NCBI GenBank assembly: GCA_028534125.1
Contig: CM052818.1
Coordinates: forward strand, 4,094,001-4,158,000
Direction of reading: 5' to 3'
Length of the DNA: 64,000 nt
Origin: Lama glama
Lineage: Eukaryota
The notes beneath the pieces were generated by a model that did not search any database, was not told where the DNA came from, and saw only the letters and a list, made by a program, of their open reading frames with translations. The stretch's first letter is position 1, and each line of letters starts with the position of its first letter. This document shows positions 24,916-37,556 of this stretch, one piece after another. Position numbers and translations under genes: made by a program.

Positions 24916-26400
24916 CTTTTTTTGGCATAGTGATTCAGTTATACACATATATATATATATATTCTGTTCCATTATAGGTTATTATAAGATACAGATTATA
25001 GTTCCCTGTGCTATACAGTAGGACCTTGTCTTTTTAGCTACTTTATATGTAGTAGCTTGTATCTGCTAATCCCAGATTCCTAATTTATGCCCTCCCTTCC
25101 TCTTTGGTAACCATAGTTTGTTTTCTTTGTCTATGAGTCTGTTTCTGTTTTGTAAATAAGTTCAGTTTGTATCTTTTTTTCAAGATTCCGCATATGAGTG
25201 ATATCATATGATATTTGTCTTTCTCTGTCTGACGTCCTCACTTAGTATGACAATCTCCAGGTCCATCCATGTTGCTGCAAATGACATTATTTTATTATTT
25301 TTTATGGCTGAGTAATATATACATATATATATATATATACCACGACTTCTTTATCCAGTCCTCTGTCAATGGACACTTAGGTTGCTTCCCCGTCATGGCT
25401 ATTGTAAATAGTGCCAAGAATACTGGGGTACATATATTTTTTGGAAATGGAATTTTCTCTGGATGTATGCCCAGGAATTAGGTTGCTGGATTATATTTTT
25501 TGGTTTTTAAGGAATCTCTATACTGTTTTCCATAACGGCTGCACCAAATTACATTCTCACCAGCAGTGCAGGAGGGTTCCTTTTTCTCTGCACCCTCTGC
25601 AGCATTTATTATTTGTGGATTTTTTTAATGATGTCCATTCTGACCCATGTGAGCTGATACCTCATTGTTGTTTTGATTTACATTTCTCTGATAATTAGTT
25701 ATATTGAGCATCTTTTCATGTACCTGTTGGCCATCTGTAGCTCTTCACTGGGGAAATGTCTGTTTAGGTCTTCTGCCCATTTTTTTCTTTGTTGAGTTTG
25801 TTTTTCTGTTATTGAGTTGTGTGAGCTCTTTGTATATTTTGGAAATTAAGCCCTTGTCAGCACATTGTTTGCAAATATTTTCCCCCAGTCCATAGGTTGT
25901 CTTTTATTTTTGCTATGGTTTCCTTTGCTGTGCAAAAACTTTTCAGTTTAATTAGGTCCCATTTGTTTCTTTTTGCTTTTATTTCTGTTGCCTTGGGAGA
26001 CTGACTTGAGAAAACATTACTGCAATTCGTGTCAGAGAATGTTGTGCCTATGTTCTCTTCTAGGAGTTTTATGATGTCCTGTCTTATGTTTAATTCTTTC
26101 AGACATTTTGAGTTTACTTTTGTGTATAATGTGAGGAAGTGTCTTAATTTCCTTGGTTAAATGCAGCTGTCCAGTTTTCCCAAAACCACTTGCTGAAGAG
26201 ACTATCTTTACTTCATTGTATATTCTTGCTTCCTTTGTCAAAGATTAATTGACCATGAGTCTGTGGACTTATTTCTGAGCTCTCTATTCTGTTCCATTGA
26301 TCCACATGTCTGTTTTTGTGCCATTGCCACACTGTTCTGTATATTGTAGCTTTATAATATTGTCTGCAGTCTGGGTTGGGGGTTATGCCTCTAGCTTCAT
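24916..26400 (-). mobile_element. ~1.5 kb 5'-truncated L1 (ORF2 3' part and 3'UTR)
   Basis: Continuous L1 homology; TSD tgcaaggtaaa (24905-24915) / tgccaggtaaa (26401-26411). Confidence 0.9.
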
Positions 26401-26714
26401 TGCCAGGTAAAATCTGAAATCATATCAGTGAACTCTTTGTATTTTAGTTACCTTAAAATCCATTGATCTTCTTGTACTTTTAATGGATCTTTGAGCTAAG
26501 AGTGATTCTATAATATCACGCATTTGTTATTTGGAAAGTATTTGTTCACAGATCTACATGTTGACATGTTTCATGTTCAGTATCAACATATACCCTGTAG
26601 CCTCTGGAAACTCCATTGAATGAGAGTGCTAAAAGCAAATAATGCCTTCAAGTACTATTATAAAAATAGCTTGGACCACTCGGGACCCTCTGGTGTAGCA
26701 AAAACAACCCTTTC

Positions 26715-27100
26715 CTAAAAATACATAGATCTGGGTTTTACCTCAGGCTGTGTTCCTCACTAGCTAAGTGACCTTAAGAAAGTTCCCTCATCTTCTCATG
26801 GCTCAGTGTGTCAACTGCAAAACGGAAGTTTGGAACTCAAGTCAGTGTTTATCAATGGGGCCCCACTGGCATTCAAGGCAGAAAAATCTGTTGTTATGAA
26901 GGACTGTCCCTCATGCTATAGGACATTTGCCATCCCTGACTCCTCGACTAAAAACAAATAGCACCACACCCCACCCCCGATCATTGTAACACGCCCAGAG
27001 CCTCAAAGGAATCCTTTGCAGGGTGTTACTGTCTCCAGCGGAGACCTGTTGGACTAAATGAACCTACATTTCCTTTCAATTCTGAAGTGAATTCTATTAA
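26715..27100. mobile_element. MIR fragment interrupted by a MER20-like element (~26843-27050)
   Basis: MIR core 'gtgaccttaagaaagttcc...ctcagtgtgtcaactgcaaaacgg'; MER20-like 'ggactgtccctcatgctataggacattt...catccctgactcc'. Confidence 0.6.
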
Positions 27101-27154
27101 AAAGTGGGAGAATGACATAACATAATTTAACATATTTTAAATTTCTCTTTTGCT

Positions 27155-27176
27155 CTGTGTGTGTGTGTGTGTGTGT
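27155..27176. repeat. (TG)n microsatellite
   Basis: About 11 TG units visible. Confidence 0.9.
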
Positions 27177-27519
27177 ATACATCTACTTAGGTGCTGTAGA
27201 CATTCTTGAATATACTTGATTTGAACAAATGTTTGTGACCACTCTGGTCTAGAGACACGGAAATTAACAAAATTAGAAACACTGAAGGAAGGGGAAAATA
27301 GAAATAGGAAAAAACAAAACAAAACCTCACGTTCTCCAGGCCACATTTTTACAAACCGAGGATGTGTGGAATCTTTAATAGTGGCCAGTGCTTTGAGCAG
27401 AGGTGTGGACAGGAAAAGCTCAGTTCTCCCTAGATAGCTAAGCTTCAGGAAGCCTGTAGATAGCCGTGCAATCATCCCTCAGCCAGGCCTGCCTCCTTTC
27501 TGCTCCTGATGGACCAGCG

Positions 27520-27720
27520 TGGCCAAGTGACTAAAAGCTTGAGTGCTGGAGCCAGCCTGCCTGTTACTTAACCTCTTTGTGCCTTCATTCCCTCACTTGC
27601 CAAGTGAGTAGAAGCACCTACCTTAGAGACACACTGTGAGGATTAAATGTGCTAATGCATGTTAAGTACTTGGAGCAGTGCGTGCCAATGGGTAAGGAAG
27701 CGGGAAATGTCAACTCATAG
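27520..27720 (+). mobile_element. MIR SINE
   Basis: 'ttacttaacctctttgtgcct...gtgaggattaaatg'. Confidence 0.65.
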
Positions 27721-27901
27721 TGCAGTAAGTAAAGGCAGGAAGCCCCGACCCCTTCCACTGACAGCCTTGGGCCACCTTTGAAGTTTCATTCACCTTTTCC
27801 TATTGCTTTCTCTCATTCTCTCCCCGTAAGGCTGAACATAAAGCTAATGTTTATCATACTTTTATGTATACACATGTGTGGTGGGTTGTAACAGAAGGAA
27901 G

Positions 27902-28494
27902 TGTTGTCAGAGAATAGGTTCTTGCCTTCTGCAGGAAAGAATTCAAGAGCAAGGCATAGTAAAGTGAAAGTAAGTTTATTTAGAGAGAGACACACTCCTT
28001 GGACAGGGTGTGGTCTGTCCCACTCAGAAGGGAAAGGCCTTAGGAGATACAGATTCCATAGGCAGAATGTGGGCCATCGCAGAAAGGTGAGGGGGAGAGA
28101 AGCCGAGAGGTGTGGGGGTATTTAGCTTAAGTAGAAGCAGATACACACTCCATAGACAGAGTGTGGGCCATCTCAGACGGCAAGAGAGAGACCGACCACG
28201 AGGAATGGAGCTGTTAGTTTTTATGGGTTTGGTAATTTCATACACTAAGTAGGAGGATTATTCCAACTACTTTGGGGAAGGGATGAGGACTTCCAGGAAA
28301 TGCTCCCCCCCTTCACTTTTGGACTTTTTCTGGTCAGCTTAGGAGCTGTCATGGCACCTGTGGGTGCAACATGAGGCTCAAGGTCTACTGGAAGTTGAAT
28401 CTTCCTCCATCTTGGTTCTAACCAGTTTGTCGGGTTCTCAGTTGCTGTATCACTCCTTCAATGGTTGTGCCCTGCCCTCTTCCCTCCTGTCTCA
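27902..28494 (-). mobile_element. ERV1-type solo LTR (593 bp)
   Basis: TG...CA termini; perfect 4-bp TSD GAAG (27898-27901 and 28495-28498); AATAAA on - strand at 27975-27980; U5-type motif GAATTCTTT...CAAGAACC. Confidence 0.88.
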
Positions 28495-28761
28495 GAAGCA
28501 CCATCTTATAACCCTGGAGGGCTTCAGCACAGAGCTCTCAGGGAGGCCACCCGATGTCCACTCTAAGGGCAGGCAAAGAAATGTCCCAAAGCCCAATAAA
28601 AACTGGTGCACCGGAATCTGGGGGGATCAAAACACACATTTTAAAAATAAAGCTCATCTGAAATGGTCTCTGTTGGCAATGAAAGTCCCACAGAAACAGG
28701 CCAAAATGGAATTCCCAAGATTTTCAGTTTTGCAATGACCACTGAGAAGAAAATCCCAGAT

Positions 28762-28817
28762 GAAAAAAAAAAAAAAGAGAGAGAGAAAGAGAAAGAGAGA
28801 GGGAGAGAGAGAGAGAG
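28762..28817. repeat. A-run plus (GA)n-rich purine tract
   Basis: Visible poly-A followed by an imperfect (GA)n run. Confidence 0.85.
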
Positions 28818-31800
28818 CGAGCACCCCTTGCCGGGACTTTTCCACAGTGAGCATTTGAAAGAGTTGGGAGGCGAATTTTGGAGGGGTGCTACCTCTCTAG
28901 ACTTGGCAGCTCACACGGAGGTGGAAGGTCGTGTCTTCTTCCTCATCCTTCTCTGGAAAGCAAGAGACTGATTTGCATTTATGCATTCTGTTTCTTGCAG
29001 AACCTTCCACTAGGCTGCAGAGAATTTTCACTTTCAAGTCACCAGAGAAATGAGGGTGGTGGGGAGATAAGAAAGCAGAGGCACCTAGCTCTTGGGTTAA
29101 TTGTGGACCTTTCTGCGACTTGGCTTCCGGCTGACTCATGGAGCTCTGGCAGGAGAATTCTGACAGATGTGTATATTCCATCAGCATCGCAGAGATAAGG
29201 GGAAGGTGACCTCATGGCAAAGCTTCTGTATGTTTGTGTGTCTCTGGATAAACTCTCCAGTGGAGCTCCTTGGTCTGTGTTTCTCGTTTCTGTTCTGAAG
29301 TGGCCCAGACACTTGACCACTCTTTCCCCAAGATTCTGCTAATGACCAATTTAAGTACCTGAAGGGCAAGATGAGTTTAGGGCCTCTTCCAACTCCATGA
29401 GTATATAAATTCACTTGTTTGTAGAGCTGAAAATGGCTTCAGATTTCATCTTGTTGAACTTTTTTTCAACATGGAAGCAGAAACCAGAGAGGCTCAATCA
29501 ACTTCTGGGATCAGAACTCACTTTCATAGTAGGACTGGGTCAAGAACTCCAAAACACAAGCTTCTCTCCCACTCTCCAGGGTTCTTGAAATTGGGGTCCA
29601 TGAGCTCCCCTGGAGGTGTGTGGCTGGGAGGACAAGAAACACAGAATTGATGAGAGACTACTTAGGGTATTTTCCTAGAGCTCCAGTTTTATCCTAAGGC
29701 CAACACTTAAAACACATTTCATATCACATATACCTCCATTCAGATCACCCGTATCACGTGTTCCCCAGCTCCCGGAACGGGGCCTGATATAGTGGGTAAT
29801 CTACAAATATTTGTTGAGTGAATTAATAAATGAATGCTAAAAATAAGACATGATATTTCATCCAAAATTTTCACTTACAGTGACAGCAGGCGTATGTCAG
29901 TGGTAACATTTGAGGAAATTATAGTAGTACTCACATTAGCTGCCTTGAAAAGCAGCCACATTGTGGCCATGTGCTTCATTTGAAAAATCTTTCTATGCCT
30001 TACCAAAGTTTCGTGTATTTTGAAACTGGAGAAATAAGGCAGTTGCCTCCTTTGTCCATTTCTCTGGGACACAATTTCTCCCTTTTCCACCTACCTGCAT
30101 AATCTTTATCTTTTCTAATCACTTCCCCAGGTGAAGGGTTCCCTAAACCTCTAGACTCTGCTAAATCCTTCAGTTTTATGCTCCACCGGATCCTGCCGGT
30201 CTGCTTTGCAACAGTCAAGACACTTGACTGATCTCTCAAAAAGGCTCATGCTGATCTCACTCATGGCCTGAGAGCCCTCTTGCCTTGCCCAGGACCTGGA
30301 ACATAGTAGGCATTCAATAAATAATGTTTAATCAAGACAGAACTGAATTTCCTGGGTTCATCATAGTAGTGATTGCCTGACTTATCCTGCTCCAATCCAG
30401 AAACCATGGTGCTTGGCTGGCCAGCGTATCAGCCACTGCTCACTTCAGACCCGATACTAGACAGTGCCTCCTGCTGCCCCAAAGTTTCAGGAGCTGACAC
30501 AGTTGCAGGTCACTGATTCTTCAGACCCAGTGGCCACTCATTGTGACTCAGGCTGTTTGTCCATCCCATTCCACCAGAATCACTGTTCCCAGGGTGGCTC
30601 TATTTCCTAACTGAGAGCTATTGACAGTAGGGAGTCCAGCAAGGAAGTTGATTAAAAAAGCCCAGTCTGAGGCAGTGTAAATGCTTGAGGTGGGGAGGAT
30701 GGAGTCAAGAGATATTTTCAGAAATAGAATTACTGAGCTTGGAGGGGATGGGAACAGAGAGCAGGGCGTGGAGAACCCCAGTGATTCAGCTTGGATGACT
30801 AGTTGAAAGGTGACACTCTAAATGATGGAGAGGAGGGTGCCTGAAGGGGAAAACAAGAGTTCCAGTTTGAACATATTCAGTGTGAGATGCCTACCCCTGC
30901 CAGTGGACGTGTCCAGCAGTTAGAAATACAAATGTGGAGATGGGGAAAAGTTCAGGGCTGGAGACCCATGATGAGAAACTAGACCATGGTCTTGGTCTGC
31001 AATCACCACCAGGTGATGTTCTGTTCATAGTCAACTACTGTCTTTCTATCCAAGATCCCGGGGTTGGGACCCCTACTGGATGCATCCTCTCTCTCAGTAA
31101 GTGACTGCCGTGCCTGGGGCCTTTGGGTCAGTATGACAAAGATGGGCTGTGGTGGCCTCAGTGGGAGACACAGGTCAAAGTACTGGACTTAGCTCAGCCC
31201 CTGTTACAGATTCATCTCTGGGTATCACCAGGAGGAGGCAGTGGTTCCAACACTGTCCGTCTTCACTCTACTAGTGATGCATTGGGAGGTGGAACACATC
31301 AATGAAAATGTAATAGAGATACAGCTGGGAGCTTACATAGCTTGATAGAAAAATGAAAAATTGTAAACAATTTTTATAGAAACACATATGCCAAATGAGG
31401 TCCACCTGTGGTGTGTGGCTCAAGTAGCCAGGAGTAGATTTATGCAGTCCTTATTTTGTAAGGGACACTGCTTGGTTTGCCTCAGCTAGACACTCAGCCA
31501 GGTGTCTGCTCTCCAGACTCTTTCTCACTCTCACTGACTGCACCTCTTCTTGGACTTAAAAAGACCCCAGATTCCTTGATGCCCACCCCCACCCCAGCCC
31601 TTATCCACCTTATCCTAATTGATCAGCCTCTTCAAGTTTCACTTCCATGTCTGTGTCATGGGTCCACTGACCATCAGTCCATCCACCCTTGGGCTTACAT
31701 CCTCAAGTCACCTTGTCTCCTTGCCCTTTAAGCTCATCCACTAGGCAAAGCTCCAAGCCTGGATTTAGATGACTCTCTGCCTTCTTCACCCTGGCTCTTG

Positions 31801-33409
31801 GGCTGTTTTGAGGAAACCACGCAGCCGGGAGATGGAGGCAGACTTGCTACAGTCTCAGAGTCTCCGACCACGTGACTGTCCAACACTCTTGCCAAGGGTC
31901 ATCAGTCACCTCCATCTTCCACTTGGTTAAGTATTCCAAACCCTTAACTCTCTTTTCACGCTCTGGGTCCCTTGAGCCTCCTGTGGATCACATCTTCTGC
32001 TGCAGCTTCACCTGTAAAAATCAGTCCCTTCATCCGTGTCACAGAGAGCACAGGTGTGCGCTGCTAAGAGCGAGCGTGAACTGGCTATGCATGAGACGCT
32101 GGGTTGCTACAGCCAGCAGGTGATGAGACAGGACTAAAAACGATGAAGATAGAAATAAAAATTTATTTAAGGCTCGTGTTTATTATGCTCTTACTAAAAG
32201 TCAGTGTTCCAAGAGCATCACCTTATTTAATGCTCATGACAGGTAAAAACAGATCCCTTGCTTACTCCTACTTCTTTGCTAAGAGAACTCCAATTTAGCA
32301 CACACCGTGGTGTGGCTCATCACTGGTCTGAACAAACCAAGGGGTCCTGCCCCATTTGGCCAGAGTGCACTTTCCCCCCTTTACAGGGATGGGCGGCCAC
32401 TTGGCTCCACTCTGAGCAATGGGAAGTCAGGGCACGTCTTCTGGGGGTGCTTCTTTTTCCAGATGAAAGGACAGCAGAGCAAAAAGAGAAGGGCTTTTGT
32501 CTTCTGCTCGGACTTTGGATGTGATCAAGCCGCCTGGCGCTGAAACGGCCATTTTGGAAACATGAGGTGACCAGCATGAGCCAAACCCAAAGTCTGAGAC
32601 TGGCAACAGCAGAGGTAGCCTGGGAGAGCCTGAGCTCCTGAGACAGTGTGGAACTGCCCTCCCGGACCTGCCTCTAGAGCCCTCACAGGGAGAGACAATA
32701 CATGCCTTCAACTGCCTAAGTAATTTCTCCATCTAGTAACCAGGTTTTCCCCTTACAGTTCCTTGTATTTTGCCAGCCTGATTAGCATGCAGCCCAGACT
32801 GAATTCAAAACCTGATTTCACTGGCAACAGCAGTGAGATGCTGGGCTCGTCCTGTCACTTTGCCAACCGCCCTTCATTTGTGTGCTTATGGTAATTATTT
32901 ATTTAGTGAAATAGGAGTCATCATTCTAACAGTACCTCCTTCCTGGGACTTTATTATCATGAAAGCGACTGATCCATGTAAACTGCTTACACAATACCTA
33001 GCACATTGTTAAAGTTCAAATTTTAGAGAGAGTAATAAAGGTGTAAATAGCTAAAGTTATAGTGAATCATGATAAATTATCTAAAGTTATCATTGTCATC
33101 ATCATCATGATTATTAAGAGAATGAGTGTTAATATAAAGCAAATCTGCTTTTGGATCTTTTATTAACCATTTGCCCTCTTTGGGTTGTTCTCCTCCTGTG
33201 TGGATATGAGCAGCGATCTCCCTCGACAGATCCCTGGGAGGATTTAGTGAGGTTGTGTTAAAAAACGAATAAATAGAAGCTTGGGGCCGGATAAGTGTTC
33301 AATAAACAGTAAATACTCAGAATGAGAGCTCAGGAGCAGAACTCTTCTCTGCGCGGAAAAGCACCAGCTCAGTTCAGTTTTCTCCAAGTGTGCGCTTTTT
33401 TTCCCCTTT

Positions 33410-33990
33410 GTTTTTGTTTTTGTTTTTTTTTGGGGGGGGTGATTGATTTAACCATTTATTTATATATTTTTATTTGGAAATGTTTCTTTCAGTAGAGTGA
33501 AACTAAATTTTAGAGACACTGGGTGTCATTAGTTTGGATATGAGTGGTTGATTATAAAAGAGAGATGTGGAAATTATTTCCCTGATGAGAAGATTTCAGA
33601 ACTTCTGTGGACTGGACAGCTTCATGTGATGCCATTTCAACAGTGACATTTCCGTCTACATATTTTCCAAGGGTGTCACCATCTCTAAATAAGAAATAAA
33701 CCTTGTCGTCTACAACTACTTCGGTGACTCTGTATTCTGGGAGAAGAACTTTATCTCCAAAGTTCTCGCTCATTGGTTGAATCTCTCCACTCTTTCCTTT
33801 AGAGCCCAATCCAACAGCTACTCCTGTTGCTTGCAATATTTCTCCTTGAGATTTTTCTGGAAACATAATGCCTCCTTTGGGTAGTTTCAGCTGCAGTCCT
33901 TGCAACTAATATTCCGTCCAAGAGAGAAAGAAATCTTCTAAATGCCTGTCCTGCCATGACTCTGGATGCTACAGTTCATACTTTGCTTTC
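33410..33990 (-). pseudogene. HSPE1: Processed pseudogene of HSPE1 (chaperonin 10)
   Basis: From ATG 33957: MAGQAFRRFLSLLDGILVARTAAET, a frameshift near 33880, then KGGIMFPEKSQGEILQATGVAVGLGSKGKSGEIQP...GDKVLLPEY...YFLFRDGDTLGKYVD. The stop position reads GGA (33651-33653). Intronless, with AATAAA at 33469-33474 and a decayed A tail. Confidence 0.93.
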
Positions 33991-34103
33991 TCTCTCTCTC
34001 TTTTTTCCTTTTTCATTTTGTAGCGCTTTGTAGGTAAAGTGATGGCATGCAGAATTGCAGCTCTGAGGCCGTCAGTCAGTCAATCAACAAATATTGAATA
34101 AGC

Positions 34104-34800
34104 CAGAGGTTCCCAAACCTTCACAGTTCATGGTGCCCGTGGTCTCTCTGTAAGTGGTACACGGTGTCCCTGGGCCAAAAGAAATACCTAATGGCACCAT
34201 TTACTAAGTAGTTGGGTTCAAACAATTTAGTTAAAATTTGTGTCTTCAAAATTTAGTAGTTGTGTGAAAAAAAATACACATCCATGAAAAGGAAAATGAT
34301 ACTGTTTTTGATTTCACTTTTAAATAACATAGAATCAACATCTCCAAGATGAGAATGTTAGTGTGAGAGTTTCTCCCGAGTGGCCTCCTTTTCCAATGAT
34401 GTACATAGTGAAGCATGTACTTTACTTAAAAAACCATTGATAATTACAGTTACTCATGGGACATGTGCTCGTGTCGGGCACTGCATGATTTCCCACACCT
34501 TGGAATCAGACGGGACCCCGTCTCTCTCGTTTCCAGTTCCATGTTGATTTTTGTGCAGCCCTTACATTTTATTACAGCAATAACCAAACTTCCGGCTCCA
34601 AAATGTTTGATGTCATTGAAAGGAATGCCGATGATCTAATGTCGAAGCTATGAACTACCTCAAGCCGGTAGTTGGCCCAGGTCCCACAAATGTTGAGGGT
34701 CACTGTCTTTCCCTTGAGAATGTAAAATATCGTGGTGCCCTTGTGAGTTTGCTGCAGCTCCTATGGTGAGTACCTCCGCACACAGTTTGGGCACCCCCTG
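34104..34800. mobile_element. hAT-Charlie non-autonomous element (MER119-like) nested in an L2 fragment
   Basis: Terminal inverted repeats cagaggttcccaaac / gtttgggcacccctg; L2-like sequence on both sides. Confidence 0.7.
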
Positions 34801-35178
34801 ACTAGTCAGTTACGTGGGGACCAGGAACACTGCTGAGCACTGAGGCCCGTGCATGAACCAGATGGACACTGTCTTTGCCCCACGGATCTACAGGTTAGTG
34901 GATGAGACCAACATTAATCGAATTATCTTACCCAACATGCATTACTACAAACTCCGATGAGTGCAGTGGAGTGAAACCGGCCAGCATAGTGCCCGCGGGA
35001 CCTTGTTCTCGGTATTGAGGAAAGACTCTATCCACATTTGATTCTCAGCAGCCGTTTTCATTGGTAGCCACAAATCTACAACTGTACTCAGCACCATCCT
35101 TCCTAGAACAATGACTTGGATGGAGGAGAAAACTGGTGTGATCAAAATTGGGGAATTAAAAATAAGAATGTTAATTTT

Positions 35179-35706
35179 TTATTGAAGTATAGTCAGCTTA
35201 CAGTGTTGTGTCAATTTCTGGTGTACAGCAGTGCTTCAGTCATACGTGAACATACATATATTCATTTTCATATGGATTATTATAAGATATTGAATATAGT
35301 TCCCTGTGCTGTACAGGAAAACTTGTTTATCTGTTTTATATATAGTAGCTCATATCCGAAAATCTCAAACTCCCAATTTATCCCTTCCCACCCCCTTTCC
35401 TCCCTGGTAACCATAAGTTTGTTTTCTATGTGAGTCTGTTTTTTTTTTTTGTAAATAAGTTCATTTGTGTATTTTTTTAAGATTCTACAAATAAGAGATC
35501 TCATATGGCAATTTTTTTCTCTTTCTGGCTTACTTCATTTAGAATGACAATCTCCAGGTCTATCCATGTGGCTGCAAATGGCATTATTTTATTCTTCTTT
35601 ATGGCTGAATAATATTCCATTGTATAAATATACCACAACTTCTTTATCCAGTCATCTGCTGATGGACATTTGGGTTGTTTCCATGACTTGGCTATTGTAA
35701 ATAGTG
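35179..35706 (-). mobile_element. 5'-truncated L1
   Basis: L1 3'UTR; TSD aagaatgttaatttt / aagaatgtgaatctt (13/15), followed by AA as expected at an L1 endonuclease site. Confidence 0.9.
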
Positions 35707-36539
35707 AAGAATGTGAATCTTAATGAGATGTATCCAGAAGGAGGTGGATGATGCCAGTACCGACCTCAGTGTCCTCCTATTACCCCTGGGTTTTAGGGAC
35801 AATGTTCAGAGGGGGCTCTCCAAGAAAGACCACTTTATTTCAATAAGGCTTTTGCTATAAATCCTAGAGGCTGGGCCAGGGTGAATGGGGCATTTAAGAT
35901 GAACACTTTCTGTCTAGTTCCTGGGCAAGCTGAAGCTGACACCCTGGAAGCAGATGGTCTGGCCTCCAGGGCCTCTGTACCCCGGGCCCTCTCCCTCATC
36001 TCTCCATCTCACAGTGTGTAAGGCACTGAAGAGGTGGCCTCGCTTGCCAAACTATGTGGAGTAGTAAGACTTTCAGAAGATAACACCACAGGGGAGAGTT
36101 TTGACCTCAGTCTCTCATCTCCTGGTCCAAAGGCCCCACCAAAATCTCCTCACCCCGTATTCTAGCGCATCCTCTGGTTGATGGAGGCACGAGCCGAGAG
36201 CTCCCACTAGTGGCAGGAGTGGGTCACCAACACTGCTTGACTTCCCAGTGGCTTCTTCCCCTCATTCACACTGGGTTTAACAGAAAGGCCTATGGTCCAC
36301 GGGAGGCATTCAGAAATGCCATCTTCACCTTTATGGGGACGTTTCTCCAAATGCTAGCAGTGTTCCGTGAACCTGCTGGGAATGGATACCTCCAAACTTT
36401 CACACAGGTCTCCTTACTGTTAATCCCAAAGCCTCAGCTACAGGGTGGGTGGGGTACAGTCACGGCATTCCTGCCACCACCTCCCCGTCCCTGATTATTT
36501 TCTTTTGGGGACTGTTTAGAATCAAGAGATGTGAATTTT

Positions 36540-36561
36540 ACACACACACACACACACACAC
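36540..36561. repeat. (CA)n microsatellite truncated by the gap
   Basis: CA units run directly into the Ns. Confidence 0.9.
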
Positions 36562-37061
36562 NNNNNNNNNNNNNNNNNNNNNNNNNNNNNNNNNNNNNNN
36601 NNNNNNNNNNNNNNNNNNNNNNNNNNNNNNNNNNNNNNNNNNNNNNNNNNNNNNNNNNNNNNNNNNNNNNNNNNNNNNNNNNNNNNNNNNNNNNNNNNNN
36701 NNNNNNNNNNNNNNNNNNNNNNNNNNNNNNNNNNNNNNNNNNNNNNNNNNNNNNNNNNNNNNNNNNNNNNNNNNNNNNNNNNNNNNNNNNNNNNNNNNNN
36801 NNNNNNNNNNNNNNNNNNNNNNNNNNNNNNNNNNNNNNNNNNNNNNNNNNNNNNNNNNNNNNNNNNNNNNNNNNNNNNNNNNNNNNNNNNNNNNNNNNNN
36901 NNNNNNNNNNNNNNNNNNNNNNNNNNNNNNNNNNNNNNNNNNNNNNNNNNNNNNNNNNNNNNNNNNNNNNNNNNNNNNNNNNNNNNNNNNNNNNNNNNNN
37001 NNNNNNNNNNNNNNNNNNNNNNNNNNNNNNNNNNNNNNNNNNNNNNNNNNNNNNNNNNNNN
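36562..37061. other. Assembly gap (500 N)
   Basis: Exactly 500 N, starting immediately after a (CA)n run. Confidence 0.99.
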
Positions 37062-37194
37062 AAAATAAAACAATAGCCCCTGGCTTCTGGTTATGAAGAT
37101 ATTAGAACTTTTACTGATGTGCAAAAGGAATTCTGAAAGGTTGGGACCTGTCTTCACTGGAGATGGAAGTGATGATACTGAAAAGGTGACCAGG

Positions 37195-37556
37195 TGTTAT
37201 GGGCTGAATTGTGTCTGCCTCTAAAATTTATCTGTTGAAGCCCTAACCCTGCACTACCTCAAAATGTGACCGTATTTGGAGAGATTTTCGTAATGAAGGA
37301 GGTAATTAGGTAGAATGAGGTCATTAGGATGGGCTCTCCTCCAATGACTGGGGTCCTTATGAGAAGAGGAGGTCAGGGCAGATGCACACGGAGGAAAGAG
37401 CTCGTGAAGATACAGGCAGATGGCGGCCGTCCACAAGCCAGGGAGAGAGACCTCAGATGGAGCTACCCCCGCCCACACCTTGATCCTGAACTTCTAGCCT
37501 CCAGAACCATGAGAGTAAATTTCTGTTGTTTATGGAAGCCCTAGAAAGCTAACACA
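37195..37556 (+). mobile_element. MaLR LTR (MLT1B-like)
   Basis: 'tgttatgggctgaattgtgtc...gaagccctaacc...cttctagcctccagaacc...gccctagaaagctaacaca'. Confidence 0.88.

Larger units (their letters stand above)
24253..26695 (-). mobile_element. Charlie1-family hAT DNA transposon relic split by two L1 insertions
   Basis: Begins 'cagcagttctcaaaagttttattctcaggacccctttac', resembling the Charlie1 terminus. Charlie-like sequence resumes at 24879-24915 and 26401-26695. Confidence 0.7.

Noticed and set aside
27986..28190. Repeat-spacer pattern superficially resembling a CRISPR array
   Set aside because: Only three degenerate units with unequal spacing, inside a TSD-flanked LTR in mammalian DNA, and no cas genes.
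33395..34015. Target-site duplication for the HSPE1 retrocopy (ttttttcccctttg / ttttttcctttttc)
   Set aside because: Low-complexity pyrimidine match, too weak to call.
36449..37157. Three long ORFs spanning the gap
   Set aside because: Artefacts of translating Ns.
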